Made by a program: the position numbers and the translations under genes. A stretch of DNA of 63,161 nt, counting the filler, from Folioceros fuciformis (Eukaryota), in NCBI GenBank assembly GCA_049999805.1. It is 12 parts of 12 records of this genome, joined end to end, with 100 filler letters (N's around TTAATTAATTAA, not from the genome) between each part and the next. Parts side by side here need not be neighbours in the genome. Positions count along the whole stretch, not along the records: positions 48,311 to 56,205 come from JBNGIO010005601.1; positions 56,306 to 57,426 come from JBNGIO010005606.1; positions 57,527 to 59,013 come from JBNGIO010005607.1; positions 59,114 to 61,920 come from JBNGIO010005608.1; positions 62,021 to 63,161 come from JBNGIO010005613.1; 7 more parts are not named here. One strand, 5' to 3'. This document shows positions 50,919 to 62,512 of the stretch, piece after piece; positions within the stretch are counted from its first letter, which is position 1, and each line of letters begins with the position of its first letter. The notes under the pieces were generated by a model. That model saw only the letters and a program-made list of their open reading frames with translations, did no database searches and was not told the DNA's origin.

Positions 50919-52315
50919 TGAAGGTGGTACCTAAACTAGAGCAAAGCAAAGCTAGCAAGGAGCATTGACAAGGAGAGTTTATGAAATATTTGGGTCATTT
51001 TGGGACAAAAAGGACGTTAAGTTTACTCATGAACAACTATTATTAGAAGGGAATGATGGATGTAGTGAAAAAAGTGGTGTCTACATGTGAGATGTGTGAT
51101 AGAGTGAAGGCTAGCTTTTCGAGCAAAACTTATGAACTTCATCCATTGCTTATAAGGGTAATGTTTTAAAGGTGGAGTTTGGACTTGGCAGCGGTGTTAC
51201 CAATCACACAAAGGGGTTTCAAGTATGGGTTGATGATAGAACAATTTTTAGAATGGATAGTTTTAAAGTCGTTAAGAGAAAAGAGGGCAGATATTAGGGA
51301 AGCGTTTCTCAATCATGTGCTTAGCATATTTGGAGCATGTGCAGAAGTTTTGATATTGATAGATCACGATATGGAGTTCATGGGGGAGTTTGATGAACTT
51401 TTTGAGTGAGTGTCTTATTGATCATAGAGTTACTTCTAGGAATCATAAAAAAGCGATGGTTTAGTGAAGAGGATGGTTGAGACTTGTAAGGAAACTCTTT
51501 GGAAGTATTGCTTCAATATGGTTTAGTGAAGAGGATGGTAGAGACTTGTAAGAAAACTCTTTGGAAGTATTACTTGAATATGGATAAAAATGAGTGGGAT
51601 AGACTGTTGCCTTTTCTTGTGATGGGTTATAGGATGAGCATACAGATATCCTTAGGAAAGTTTTTACCGTACATGTCGTTGTTTGGGCATAGACCTCAAC
51701 TATCTAAAATGTTGAAGAATAAATTGGTGAATGTCTGTCTCTTACTAAAATGGTGAATGTTATTATGGATTTGGATAATCCAAACTAGTGGTTGAAGCTT
51801 GTTAATCATAGGGTAGAGTTGTGTAAAAGGATTATGCCCATGGCAATGGATAATTTGCTGATAGCTCAACATGGAGATGAATTGAGGTATAGGAAGACTA
51901 GGAGTGGACAGTTTAGACCTAAGATAAAAAAAAGTTTGAGGTAGGGGATTATGTATACTTGCCAAGGAAATATACTACGATTATTGATACAAGTGCAACC
52001 TTGGGTTTTTATAGAATAATTTTGAAGGTTAAGTGTGTGAAACCAAATTGAGTTTTAGAGTCGGAGGGCAGCTATGGTGCAACATGTTTGGAGCATATGA
52101 AAAACTATGCACCGTGTCATTTGCCACATTTGGATCCAACGATTGATGTGTAGGCTTTTATACCAAGGAAGGGATTTGCTTATATGGGGTGTGGAGATCC
52201 CAGGAGTGATCATTGTTTACTTTTATGTGATAGATGGAACGATGGCTGGCACATTTTCTATTTAGAGCCGCCATTGGAAGTAGTGCCTGAAGGCCAATGG
52301 TTTTACCCAATGTGA
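50919..52315 (+). pseudogene. Ty3/gypsy integrase with a C-terminal PHD finger, heavily decayed
   Basis: GHFGTKRT..CEMCDRVKASF; WSLDLA; FGACAEVL; IDHRVTS; LPFLVMGYRMS; APCHLPH; then YMGCGD..LLLCDRWNDGWHIFYLEPPLEVVPEGQWFYP. PPT aggggagaaggg and a tgta LTR-like start at 52571. Confidence 0.85.
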
Positions 52316-54260
52316 AAAAAGGGGGGAAGAAGGAGAAGGAAGTGGAAAGGATTCTAATGTATGGGTTTTGGAGGAGGTGGAAGCTGTGATATTGGATAGG
52401 AAGTTTTGGTGTGATTGCTGATCAAATGATTTGGATAAAATAGCAATTTGTAAAGATAAAAATGATGATGTGCAAATTGTTGTTAATCGACTTGTCAATG
52501 AAAGTTGAGCAGCAAATTAAAGGGGGAAGGAACGCATGGAATTGCACTCGTATCAGGGGAGAAGGGACATTGTAGAATATGTTTCCTTCATCGATATCGT
52601 ACGAAGAGAGCCACTAAAGAGTGGGAGGATGATAGGCAACCTTGGAGTACACGTTAGGGAGGAAACACCCAAGGGGAGGCATCAAGAATTATAGCGATAT
52701 AGGGACTTGTCATCCCATATATATATATATATATATGCATTTGCATGAGAATGATAATGAGCATAGATGTATGTATGGGTTTTGAATATTTTAGTTGTGA
52801 AGTGCTTGAGATATCGTAGATTAAGATTCTATAACCTCATTAATCACCCCCGTGGATCACCAAGTTAGTTGATATGCCACAAAGTCTAGGTGGAAATTCT
52901 ATCACACACATGACATGAACAAATTCCTCAAGCATTCCATTTATTTCAGCAATGGGAATCTTGAGTTGGCAAACCCACATGTAAAGTGGCTCAAGCTTGC
53001 AAGTTCCTTATACACCTCTAGATGAATGTGGTCTTGAAGGACAATGGGAAAGTATCCCTGCATCAATACATGTCGATCATGGCTTTTTAATGATCCAACC
53101 TTCCCCTTCGCCAACTTCAATGCTATGTTTGAAGTGTAGCCAAGAGGAAGCCATATTTTTTGCATCTCTTGAACCACAAGGTCAAAGTTCAGACGGGTTA
53201 ACACATACGGCTTCACTCGAAATGTTTCTTCCGTCTAGTTTGGCCACAACCATGCCTTCCCACCATGCATTTCCCTTTCTACCCAAGTTGGAAAGTCGTC
53301 TTGCTCTTCGATCAATGTGTGTCATATGGACTCAATGTTGTTTCTTTCCAAGTGCATTACATCCTTTAGTCCTTACTTTAGCATATGCTATTAGTAGGGC
53401 AGAAAGTCAAACTAGGATGACTTCCTACGACTTCCAAAACGCCCAGTCTCCCACAACTCCCTGGTCATTTTATATTCACATTGATGCATGTCCTCCATGA
53501 TAGTTGCAGAAGATGGCGGCTCTAGCCGCTCCCTTGCCTCCACAACATTATTATACCATTCCTTTCGCGGGTTGGGGTGCTTATGGGGGGAGGAAACGCC
53601 TAATTCCTAGACACACTTGTTTGCATAGTGCAAGTGCCCACCTACAATCAATATGTTCCCAACACTCAAAGCAAGCACGGGCTCCATGCACAACCAGCCC
53701 TTTCATGGTCCCCAATGTGGGATAATTCCCAATAATGTGCAAAATTGCAGCCTGTAAAGTGAAGTGACGGGACGAATCATCTAATGGCTTAGAGAAATCC
53801 TCCACCTCCATACCTGTGACCCACCAATCACGCAACTCTTCCAGCAAGGGCTACATGTACACGTTAACGATGTTCGGGCCTGGAACAATGAGTGGCATAA
53901 GCACGTGTTCAAGCTTGGTGGTTGCCCATGGCGGAAGGTTGTGAACAAATAATCAGACCGGCCATATTGATCTAGATGTGGACTTGTGACCAAATGGGTA
54001 AAATCCATTTGATGCCAAGCCCAAATGCACATTTCGGGGTTCGCTGCTGAAACCATCCAAGGTATCCAACATTTGCCATGCAGGACTATTTCCCACCATT
54101 CCCATGTGCCCATTTGTACTACACAAGCGCCCTTGGGCAGTCATATCCATTGTTGTTGATGGGTAGCAGAGCATGTGCCTAAGGCAATCCTTTAGAGGGA
54201 AACGCCACATTAGCTTCTAAGGAACTTTTTCCCTAACATACCTAGGCTTTGCACACTTAG

Positions 54261-54660
54261 TGTTAAGCATAATTAATGTTGAGATTAATTAGTGCTAAAC
54301 CAGCTTATTGAGTTTGTACTAATTAGTGGTAAGAGTGATTAAGGTTATGATTAATATATAAATATAGCTTATTAGACTTTTCTATGTTAGGCAAAAAAGT
54401 ATTGTAGGGTTTGGGGTCATTTATCCCATATTGGGCACGAAATGAGAGTGCCACCCATAGGTCCATAAAAGAAGGGATGAACCCACCTAGTATTAGTAGT
54501 CTAACTCCCTCTTCACTTGTATTGTGTTGTATTTGTAATTCTCTTTTTTTATTTGAGTTTAAGAGCCTTGTTATAGTGCTCTTATTTTTGGGATTCTGCA
54601 TCTTGCTTCAACTAACTTGTTTTAACCTCCTTTGAGCATGGCGGGGGTGACATCTCAACA
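54261..54660 (+). mobile_element. Copia solo LTR with CTTAG TSD
   Basis: cttag|tgttaagc...ctcaaca|cttag; same family as 48479-48888. Confidence 0.95.
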
Positions 54661-55046
54661 CTTAGAACAAGCAGCAAGCAACTCTTACAGCCCTCTGTAT
54701 TATATGCAATCATATGGACAAGCAAACAAGCAAATATTTTATGCGCCTTCGTAACAAATGTTGGGGGTGACATCTCAACACTTAGAACAAGCAGCAACAA
54801 GGGGTGACATCTCAACACTTAGAACAAGCAGCAACAGGGGGTGACATCTCAACACTTAGAACAAGCAGCAATAGGGGGTGACATCTCAACACTTAGAACA
54901 AGCAGCAACAGGGGGTGACATCTCAACACTTAGAACAAGCAGCAAGCAACTCGTACAGCCCTCTGTATTATATGCAATCATATGGACAAGCAAACAAGCA
55001 AATATTTTATGCGAGCAAATATTTTATGCGCCTTCGTAACAAATGT
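54643..55046 (+). repeat. Tandem array of the LTR-end/target junction (37-bp units) within a roughly 120-bp duplication
   Basis: ggggtgacatctcaacacttagaacaagcagcaa units start at 54643, 54763, 54800, 54837, 54874 and 54911. Confidence 0.92.
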
Positions 55047-56595
55047 TGACATAAGCTTCTTGGCTTCCTCGATCGAAGTGGGAAGACAATTAGGGGTGGG
55101 CAAAAAATGCAATGATACCACCTGGAGCATGTTCGAAATAGCCACGTCGGACATGCCATGTATTGATTGGAGGCCAAGGAGAAGAAGGGTGCCTGTCACA
55201 CAACTACAAACCATGGCCTCTTATGGCAATTTTAATAAGAGGGTAGTGACAATACCATATCACAAATAGGCATCTCATAGGAAATGTCTTTATCATGTCT
55301 TTCCAAAATCGTGCTAAATTTCTGAATGACGAATTGGGTCCGTTTCCCGTAGTGGTGGACTTACTAGTCCCATTCCCGTTGCAATTTCCTTGGACTGGTT
55401 TTCATAGCCCTATCTTGCCCTGACTCTTCACGGTTTGCAGTCATCCATGATAGCTCTATCGCACAGCCTGCCTAGTCAGATAGTACCTCCATGCCCATTC
55501 CATTGCGGAAAGCTGTGTACAGTTGGCACCTGTCATTGCATAGCGCAATTAAGGGTTTCCTGGTTATGTTCGTATGTATGTTTCAATGTAAGGGGAAAAG
55601 CCTTATCCTGCAAAGTGCTATACTGCGATATGGTTATGCTGCTAAGTAGTTAGTGTGAACTAGTGGTTTAGGGTTTGTTATTCCGAACATAATATCTCAA
55701 CTATGGCTTTAACCGTAATCAGGGATTCGTGCTAAGCATTCAACGACTTAGGGTTAATGAAACTCGTCTTACAATAATTGCTGGTTCACTAGAACAAAGA
55801 CCCATTACGGCAATTAATAATATCCATTTCTTTACAATCCATTTGTTTTTAATTGGCAATGCAATTCATGCATCCCCATTCACCCCCATTGTTTGATCTA
55901 AGTGTGTTTTTTGCTTTCCTATCCACCTCTCAAAATATTTGATATATTCCTTAAAATAAGAGAAATGTCACTCTTATTTTTAAGATGTATGAGGTAACAA
56001 ACCTTGTCTTATCATTTGTGAAAGTTAGGAAGTACTTTCCCTGCCTATGGACTCTTGAGAAAGAGGTGCACACATATTTATCCATACAAGTTCTAGTATT
56101 TCAGCTCAGTGAGGAGCTTGATTTTTGAATGCAAGGTAATTTGCCTATTTTCCCATCTTGATGCAAATCAATAGTTGCTAGTTTTTGCAACTTTATGTTA
56201 TGGGGNNNNNNNNNNNNNNNNNNNNNNNNNNNNNNNNNNNNNNNNNNNNTTAATTAATTAANNNNNNNNNNNNNNNNNNNNNNNNNNNNNNNNNNNNNNN
56301 NNNNNCGCGTCAATACTCCCCCTCGACAGTGACTTGGTTCTAGGTTACGGGCTTAGATGGCGTCCATGCAGCATGCGATTCTCCGCCTTTTCTTAAGTGT
56401 GTTATCAAGCATCTGGTGGTTGCTTCAATCGTGAGCCACCTGATTTCAGCTGTGAGTGACGAGATTGAAAAGCTGGAGAAGACCGACATTCGTAGGCGTA
56501 GACGGGATTCGGAGAAATCCAAGCTGGAGAGGCATTCTGGAACATCGCGTGCAACTTGGAAGGAAGTCAGTATGGAGGAATTTATGCTAGCTATC

Positions 56596-57426
56596 TCAAC
56601 ACCCTTGCCTGACTGAGATGCAACGTGGAGTCGAGGTTTGCGGGAATTTTGTTGTTGTAGAAGCCATAGCTGCAGGTTGTTGCTGAACTCCCCCTGTTGC
56701 TGCGCCGGGCTGTGAGCTGTGAAGACTGATGTAGGCTTCTCTACTTATAAGGCCGATGCCCTGCACATGTCTTTCATGCAAGTGCTTCGGTAACCCCTTG
56801 GTCATAAGGTCTGCAGTGTTGTCGTTTGTGCTCACATACTTCAGTGCCACCTGCTTACCAGCTACGATCTGTCTAATAAAGTGATGCTGTATCTCAACAT
56901 GTTTAGTCCGTGCATGCAGCACAGGATTCAGAGTCATTGCAATCCCGGACTGATTATCGCATTGAAGCACTGTAGGCTGATGCTGCTCCTCCCCGATATC
57001 TTTTAAGAATTGTCTGACCCACAGAATCTCCTTGGCTGCAAGTGAGGTGGCTACATATTCTGCCTCGCTGGAAGAGAGGCATAAGGTGGGCATCTTCTTA
57101 CACGCCCATGAAACACATCCTCCGTTCAGCATCATGCAGTAAGCGGCTGTGGATCGACGAGCATCTGGGTCTCCGGCCCAGTCTGCATCGGAGAAGGAGG
57201 TAAGTGTGAGCTTCCGTTCAGGATTACTTCTATAAAACAGGCCAAGTGTTTGGGTGCCTTTCAGGTATCTCAGGATGCGTTTAATATGCGTCCAGTGTGC
57301 CGTCCCAAGGTTTGAAAGGTATCTGGACGCAATATTGATAGCCTGAGCCACGTCTGGTCGAGTCGAGATGGCCAGATATAGGATACTTCCTACGGCCTCG
57401 CTGTAAGGTACGTTGACCATCTCCCT
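56596..57426 (-). CDS. Ty1/copia RT-end and RNase H (partial)
   Basis: PYSEAVGS; SDADWAGD; LSSSEAEY; HARTKHVE; ADLMTKGL. Confidence 0.92.
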   Translation of the reverse strand, partial: REMVNVPYSEAVGSILYLAISTRPDVAQAINIASRYLSNLGTAHWTHIKRILRYLKGTQTLGLFYRSNPERKLTLTSFSDADWAGDPDARRSTAAYCMMLNGGCVSWACKKMPTLCLSSSEAEYVATSLAAKEILWVRQFLKDIGEEQHQPTVLQCDNQSGIAMTLNPVLHARTKHVEIQHHFIRQIVAGKQVALKYVSTNDNTADLMTKGLPKHLHERHVQGIGLISREAYISLHSSQPGAATGGVQQQPAAMASTTTKFPQTSTPRCISVRQGC

Positions 57427-57526
57427 NNNNNNNNNNNNNNNNNNNNNNNNNNNNNNNNNNNNNNNNNNNNTTAATTAATTAANNNNNNNNNNNNNNNNNN
57501 NNNNNNNNNNNNNNNNNNNNNNNNNN

Positions 57527-58615
57527 CACTACACATGCACGTAGTGTCATATTTAATGAGAAGCTTCTTCTTACCTCAGCACCCGAAGATAGGTTTAGAG
57601 AAGAAGCCTCCTCAAGCGAGCCACCTGCAGATGAAGAAGATGATTATAGATCTTTTTCATACCCTCCTGTCCAGTCAGCACCTGTACAGTCACCACCTGA
57701 CCAGTCAGCCCAAATACCATCAGGGGTAAGTGACGAACCAACCATGTTTCTTGATGATGACTTAGAAAGCCAAAACGAGGTGGGGTCAGCTGGACACGAA
57801 GGTGACACACATGGCAACTTGATCCCTGTCACAGAGGAACCTCTCATACACAGTGCACCACTAGTAACATTGCGCAGAGGGACGGATTTGGGAACAAGGA
57901 GGCACACCACTTCCCCATCCGAATGGATTCAGCCTCCCTACTCACCACAAACCTTCCTTGTGCAAGATGATGGTGCTCCTCTGGATATGGGAGATCCACC
58001 CACTTACCAAGCTGCCCTCAACTCACCTGATGGAGAAAAGTGGAAGGAAGCAATTCAGTCTGAATACAAATCACTTGTGGACAATAAAACATGGGTGCTG
58101 GAAGACTTACCACCTAGACGCAAAGCAGTGACTTGCAAATGGGTCTTCAAGCGTAAACTTAATGCTGAAGGAGCTGTGGCTCGATTTAAGGCAAGATTAG
58201 TGGCACGAGGCTACAACCAAGTCGAGGGCCTTGACTACAATGAGACGTTCTCACCTATGGTACGTGCCTCATCAATAAGAGCTTTACTTGCCATAGCTGC
58301 GCAGCATGACTACATCCTTCAACACATGGATGTAAAGACTGCGTTCCTTAACGGGAACCTTGAAGAAACTATCTTCATGCGGCAGCCAGAGGGGTATGTC
58401 AACCCTAAGCACCCCAACAGAGTCTGCAGGTTAATAAAAACAATATATGGGTTAAAACAATCACCCAGAGAATGGTACAAACGAATTGACACATATTTAA
58501 AAAGTTGCGGGTTTGTCCAGAGTGAGGCAGACAGCAATGTCTACAGGTTACATGACAAGGATGGAGTAGTTTACTTAGCTTTGTATGTAGATGACGCAGT
58601 TATCATTGGTGAAAC
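57527..58615 (+). pseudogene. Ty1/copia RT fragment interrupted by another LTR
   Basis: CKWVFKRK; FKARLVARG; HMDVKTAFLNG; YGLKQSPR; LYVDD. Confidence 0.92.
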
Positions 58616-58772
58616 TATATATATATTAATTATGTCCTGTCCTTAGGTTAATTAGCGAACTAGACGGTTACCTAAATACGGTTGTAACCGTCACATGTCA
58701 GGTGACACACAAAACGTGTGTTACCCCATAATGCAATTCATTCGATCCTATCTTTTTGCATGGTTTCAGAGC
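58616..58772 (+). mobile_element. Probable short 5' LTR (about 58616-58760) and Met-type PBS tggtttcagagc
   Basis: RT breaks after YVDDAVIIGE; the segment ends ttgca and is directly followed by the PBS. Confidence 0.65.
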
Positions 58773-59113
58773 TCACGTTCACGGTGCTGACCTGCTGGCT
58801 GTCCTACTGGCTGACGCGCCGCGTGCACAAGATCTGTATTTTTTCGTGGAGTATGGAGATGTGTTCTTGATCGTTGGTCAGGTGGCGCGCTAGCAGCGAT
58901 CTGGGAAATGCTTAGTGCATACAGCTTTCCCAGGTGTTAGGATCGATAGGAGCAATTCTTGGAGCAATGTAGTGCAGCCTCTGGTGCATCATGCCTGGTT
59001 TGCGAAAAAGAGANNNNNNNNNNNNNNNNNNNNNNNNNNNNNNNNNNNNNNNNNNNNTTAATTAATTAANNNNNNNNNNNNNNNNNNNNNNNNNNNNNNN
59101 NNNNNNNNNNNNN

Positions 59114-60381
59114 CTTCCTCTCCGGCATCGACCAAACCCAATTCCAGCCAACGCAGATACTCTGTGACAACATGTCTGCTTTGGAGTTAGTGGCCAATCC
59201 CAAATATCACGCACGTACAAAACATATTGAAACGCAGCATCACTATATTCGAGACGCTGTGGAACGAGGGGTTATCAAGGTCAGCTATGTGGGGACAGAC
59301 GAGAATACGGCAGATATCCTCACCAAAGGATTGCCCAAGCATCGACATTATTTTCACATGGCCGGCTTGGGGCTTCACGATTTCTCACCCTACTTCGATT
59401 AGTGATCTTCCCTCCTGTCTGATTACGAGGGGGCGTTTCCTTCATGCTGCCGCCCTCACAGTCCGGCTCCGTTCCAGCATGCTTCTTGGATGATCTGCAC
59501 AACTCAAGCTTATTTTCTCACAGCTCTGGAGGCAGCAGCACTCGGTGGATGAAGCTCACAGTCCTTACCCAATCGCCGGCCTGCTTGCTAGCTTTCACGC
59601 CTCCACAGCCTTCCTCTCGTTGCCGACGCACAGCTCACACCACCTCTTGTTTTCCAGGCCAGATCTGGACGCCTCAATCTGGACAACATTGCGCCTGTTG
59701 GGGGAGAGGGGCCAGCCAAACAAACAGCACGCCTGGACACAGTGCACAGTGCGCCTGGCCAGCGCGGGCATCCTGGCCGTGCGCCTGCACAACCCGGGCG
59801 CAAGCCCGTCTTGCCACAGCGCGGGCACCATGGCTGCGCTCCTGGACAGTGCAGGTGCCATGGCTGTGCGCCTGGACAGAGAGGGCGCCTCCCTTTCTTG
59901 TCCGAACGTGGGCGCCTCGACACCAGCCACCCATCGCCATTGTTGCTTCTCACCATTTGTATCCAGCCATGCCGATTGCCAAGCAGCCAGCGACGCGCGG
60001 CGGGGCTGCAAGATCCCGTCTTGGGACTGGTTGATCGCGACCGGTTGCCTATGTTTTGCTTCTGCGCGTTCATGGCCGTTTTCGCAATCTGTACCAATAG
60101 TTCACCATTGGCCAGCCTCGCGATACCGTGATCTTACCAGCGTGTGGTCATTGCGTTATCCATTTATTTTTCATTTTCCTTATTTCAAGTGCGTTAAGTT
60201 TACGAGGGGGTGTTAAAATAAGTATAAACATTAACTACCTTATTTAATATTTTTGATAAATAGGCATTAGTGAACCGTCACCGACTTTTGGTATTTAAGC
60301 AATCTATTGTATTGTATTGACTTTACTTTTATTAATAAAGTAGTTTTCCAACTAGCTTCCGCTCAAGCCAACTTAGTTACA
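59114..60381 (+). mobile_element. Copia 3' end: RNase H tail to 59402, about 0.8 kb GC-rich 3' region, PPT, LTR about 60211-60381
   Basis: NPKYHARTKHIE..ADILTKGL; gaggggg|tgttaa...ttaca. Confidence 0.78.
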
Positions 60382-60659
60382 AAGGAACTACCAGTCGCGG
60401 AGCGCAACTAGAAGAGAGCGTCAGCAAGACACCACGTCCAGGAGCAACCTTTGCGTTGGTGGAGCAGCCAAAAGGAAGGAAGCCGAGCACGGGCCGGGCG
60501 AAGACAGTAAGCGATGTGGCGTCAGGAGAAGTGTGGAGCGCAAAACAGAAGCCCCAGAGGAAAGGAAGAGCAGGAGGCGCAGGGGACTACGTGGAGAGGA
60601 GGAGTGAGCGGCAAGGGAAGGAAGACGAGCAGCTAGGGGAAATTAGGTCCAGAGTAGGC

Positions 60660-61340
60660 ATGTGATGGCAGCTCAAGCGGAGACAATGATTTATACCACC
60701 CAGTGGCCCAACGTGGACCACTGGAAGATAAAAGCGAGTGGTCTGGTGCAGAAGCTGGGCCTTGGGTTTGGGGAGAAGAAGTGGTGTCACGACAGTCATG
60801 TTCTGGTGTAGGATTGTGCTCATTTTCTGAGGAACATGGGACCCGAAGAAACTATGAGGCAGAGGCCCCAAAGTTGGAGCCCAGAGTTGTTTAAGGAGGC
60901 TTATGGGCGAGAAAGGACGGAGCGGGGAGGGGTAGTATTCAATGTGCAGAGGAAAAAGCCTTTAAAAGCTGCAGTAGTTGCGCTCATGATGCCCAGAGAA
61001 GCGAGGACTAACAATGGCTGGGTGGTGCGACAGCTAAATTCAGGGCAGTTGGTGGGGCTGGCCAAATGGGTCTTATGCTTCCTACAGAGTAAAAAGTTAG
61101 ACCACATGGTTGACCATTTCTTGGTGTTTCTTCATGAGGTAGTCAGCGGGGTGCAGGTGGATTGGACCTGGATCATTTTTAAGCGGGCCTACAAGGAGAG
61201 AACCAATTTATTGTCCACTTCACCCCGTCCCTCCTTCATCTCGTCGTTTTTTATTCATCGTTTTACACACACTAAGTGTCTGACAGAGTTGGAGGTAGTG
61301 TCCTCCCTCCACAGTTGCAAGCCGGTTCGAGAGGTCAAGG
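60660..61340 (+). pseudogene. Probable retrotransposon accessory ORF remnant
   Basis: LGLGF..W..RQRPQSWSPELFKEAY...VDWTWII pattern recalls extra ORFs of plant gypsy elements; one TAG upstream of the 60836 ORF. Confidence 0.4.
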
Positions 61341-61496
61341 TGGAAGAAGGTGAACATAAGGATCCATCTCTTTTTCAATAATAGATAATACATAGTAGAA
61401 TTATGCTATTACATCTATGAATGAAGGGTCTACTACCTTTGGTTCATGCACATCTTGATAATGAAAAGGTCGTGTCATTTGATTTTTTTGTCCTAG

Positions 61497-61722
61497 CATT
61501 GAAGCCAATGCTACTTACTTGTCCTACAATCTACACCACTTGACCTCCTATATCTACCATTGAAGCCAATGCTAGCGTTTGTCCCTATACCTACTATTGA
61601 AACTAATGCTAACATATGTACTACACTCTACACTAATTGTCCTCCTATACCTACCATTGAAACCGATGCTAGAGTGTCCTCCTACACCTACCGTTGAAGC
61701 CAATGCTAGAGTTTGTCCTACA
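61497..61722 (+). repeat. Degenerate minisatellite with alternating 61/37-bp spacing
   Basis: ttgaa(g/a)c(c/t)(a/g)atgcta core at 61499, 61560, 61597, 61657 and 61694. Confidence 0.75.
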
Positions 61723-61727
61723 CACCG

Positions 61728-61920
61728 TGTAAGGTTATTAAAGCCCAGTGTGCCTAGACTAATGTGTTTAGTCTAAGATTAGTGTCTAGTTAAGTATCAT
61801 TAGTTTAGATTAGCTTAAGCTAATCTCTAGGAAGCTTCTTGTGCAGCTTCCTGTGGGCTTCTTGTGAAGCTTCCTAGGGAGCTCTTCTAGAGGGTATAAA
61901 TACCCCCTTGAGCTCCCTTG
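61728..61920 (+). mobile_element. Third copy of the 290-bp copia LTR (family of 2539), cut by a gap
   Basis: tgtaaggttattaaagccc..gagctcccttg aligns to 2539-2731. Confidence 0.92.
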
Positions 61921-62020
61921 NNNNNNNNNNNNNNNNNNNNNNNNNNNNNNNNNNNNNNNNNNNNTTAATTAATTAANNNNNNNNNNNNNNNNNNNNNNNN
62001 NNNNNNNNNNNNNNNNNNNN

Positions 62021-62512
62021 CGGAAACTCCATCCTGATGGGAGCACAGCTCGCTTCAAAGCAAGGTTAGTGGTGCGAGGGTTCTCACAACAAGAAGGCCT
62101 CAATTATAATGAGATCTTCTCTCCAGTTGTGAAGTCTACCTCTGTAAGGGCACTGCTGGCCGTTGCTGCACAAATGAGGATGCAAGTGCACCAAATGGAT
62201 GTACAAACCGCCTTTCTAAATGGTACCCTCGAAGAAGAAGTTTACATGGAGCAGCCGAAGGGCTACGTCAGCAAGTCCCATCCGAATCACTTCTGCAAGC
62301 TACAGAAGACGTTGTATGGCCTGAAGCAGTGTCCAAGAGCCTGGTACAATCGCATCCATCAATACTTGATCAAGTCAGGTTTTGTACAATTACCAGCAGA
62401 TGGCAATCTTTATATTTTGAGAGAAGGGGATGCGGTGGCGTACCTCGCTCTATGTGTTGATGACACGTTAATTTTTGCAAGTGCACCAAAGATCATGCAG
62501 AAAGTGAAGGAC
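62021..62512 (+). pseudogene. Ty1/copia RT fragment interrupted by an LTR
   Basis: FKARLVVRGFSQ; QMDVQTAFLNG; YGLKQ; LCVDD. Confidence 0.9.

Larger units (their letters stand above)
52880..55354 (-). mobile_element. CACTA/En-Spm element with a decayed Transposase_21 (TnpD-like) region, interrupted by a solo LTR
   Basis: LPTSIEEAKK; SPAWQ; EPRNVHLGLASNGFYPF; SIWPV..NLPP; PLLEEL; HGARAC; LKSHDRHVLMQ. Candidate terminus CACTACGGGAAA on the minus strand at 55354-55343. Confidence 0.85.

Noticed and set aside
54763-54945. CRISPR-like 37-bp repeats
   Set aside because: Units are head-to-tail without unique spacers, derive from the LTR/target junction, and no cas genes are present.
59444-60216. 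Several long overlapping ORFs as an env-like gene
   Set aside because: GC-rich internally repetitive 3' region, open in most frames, with no convincing signal or transmembrane architecture.
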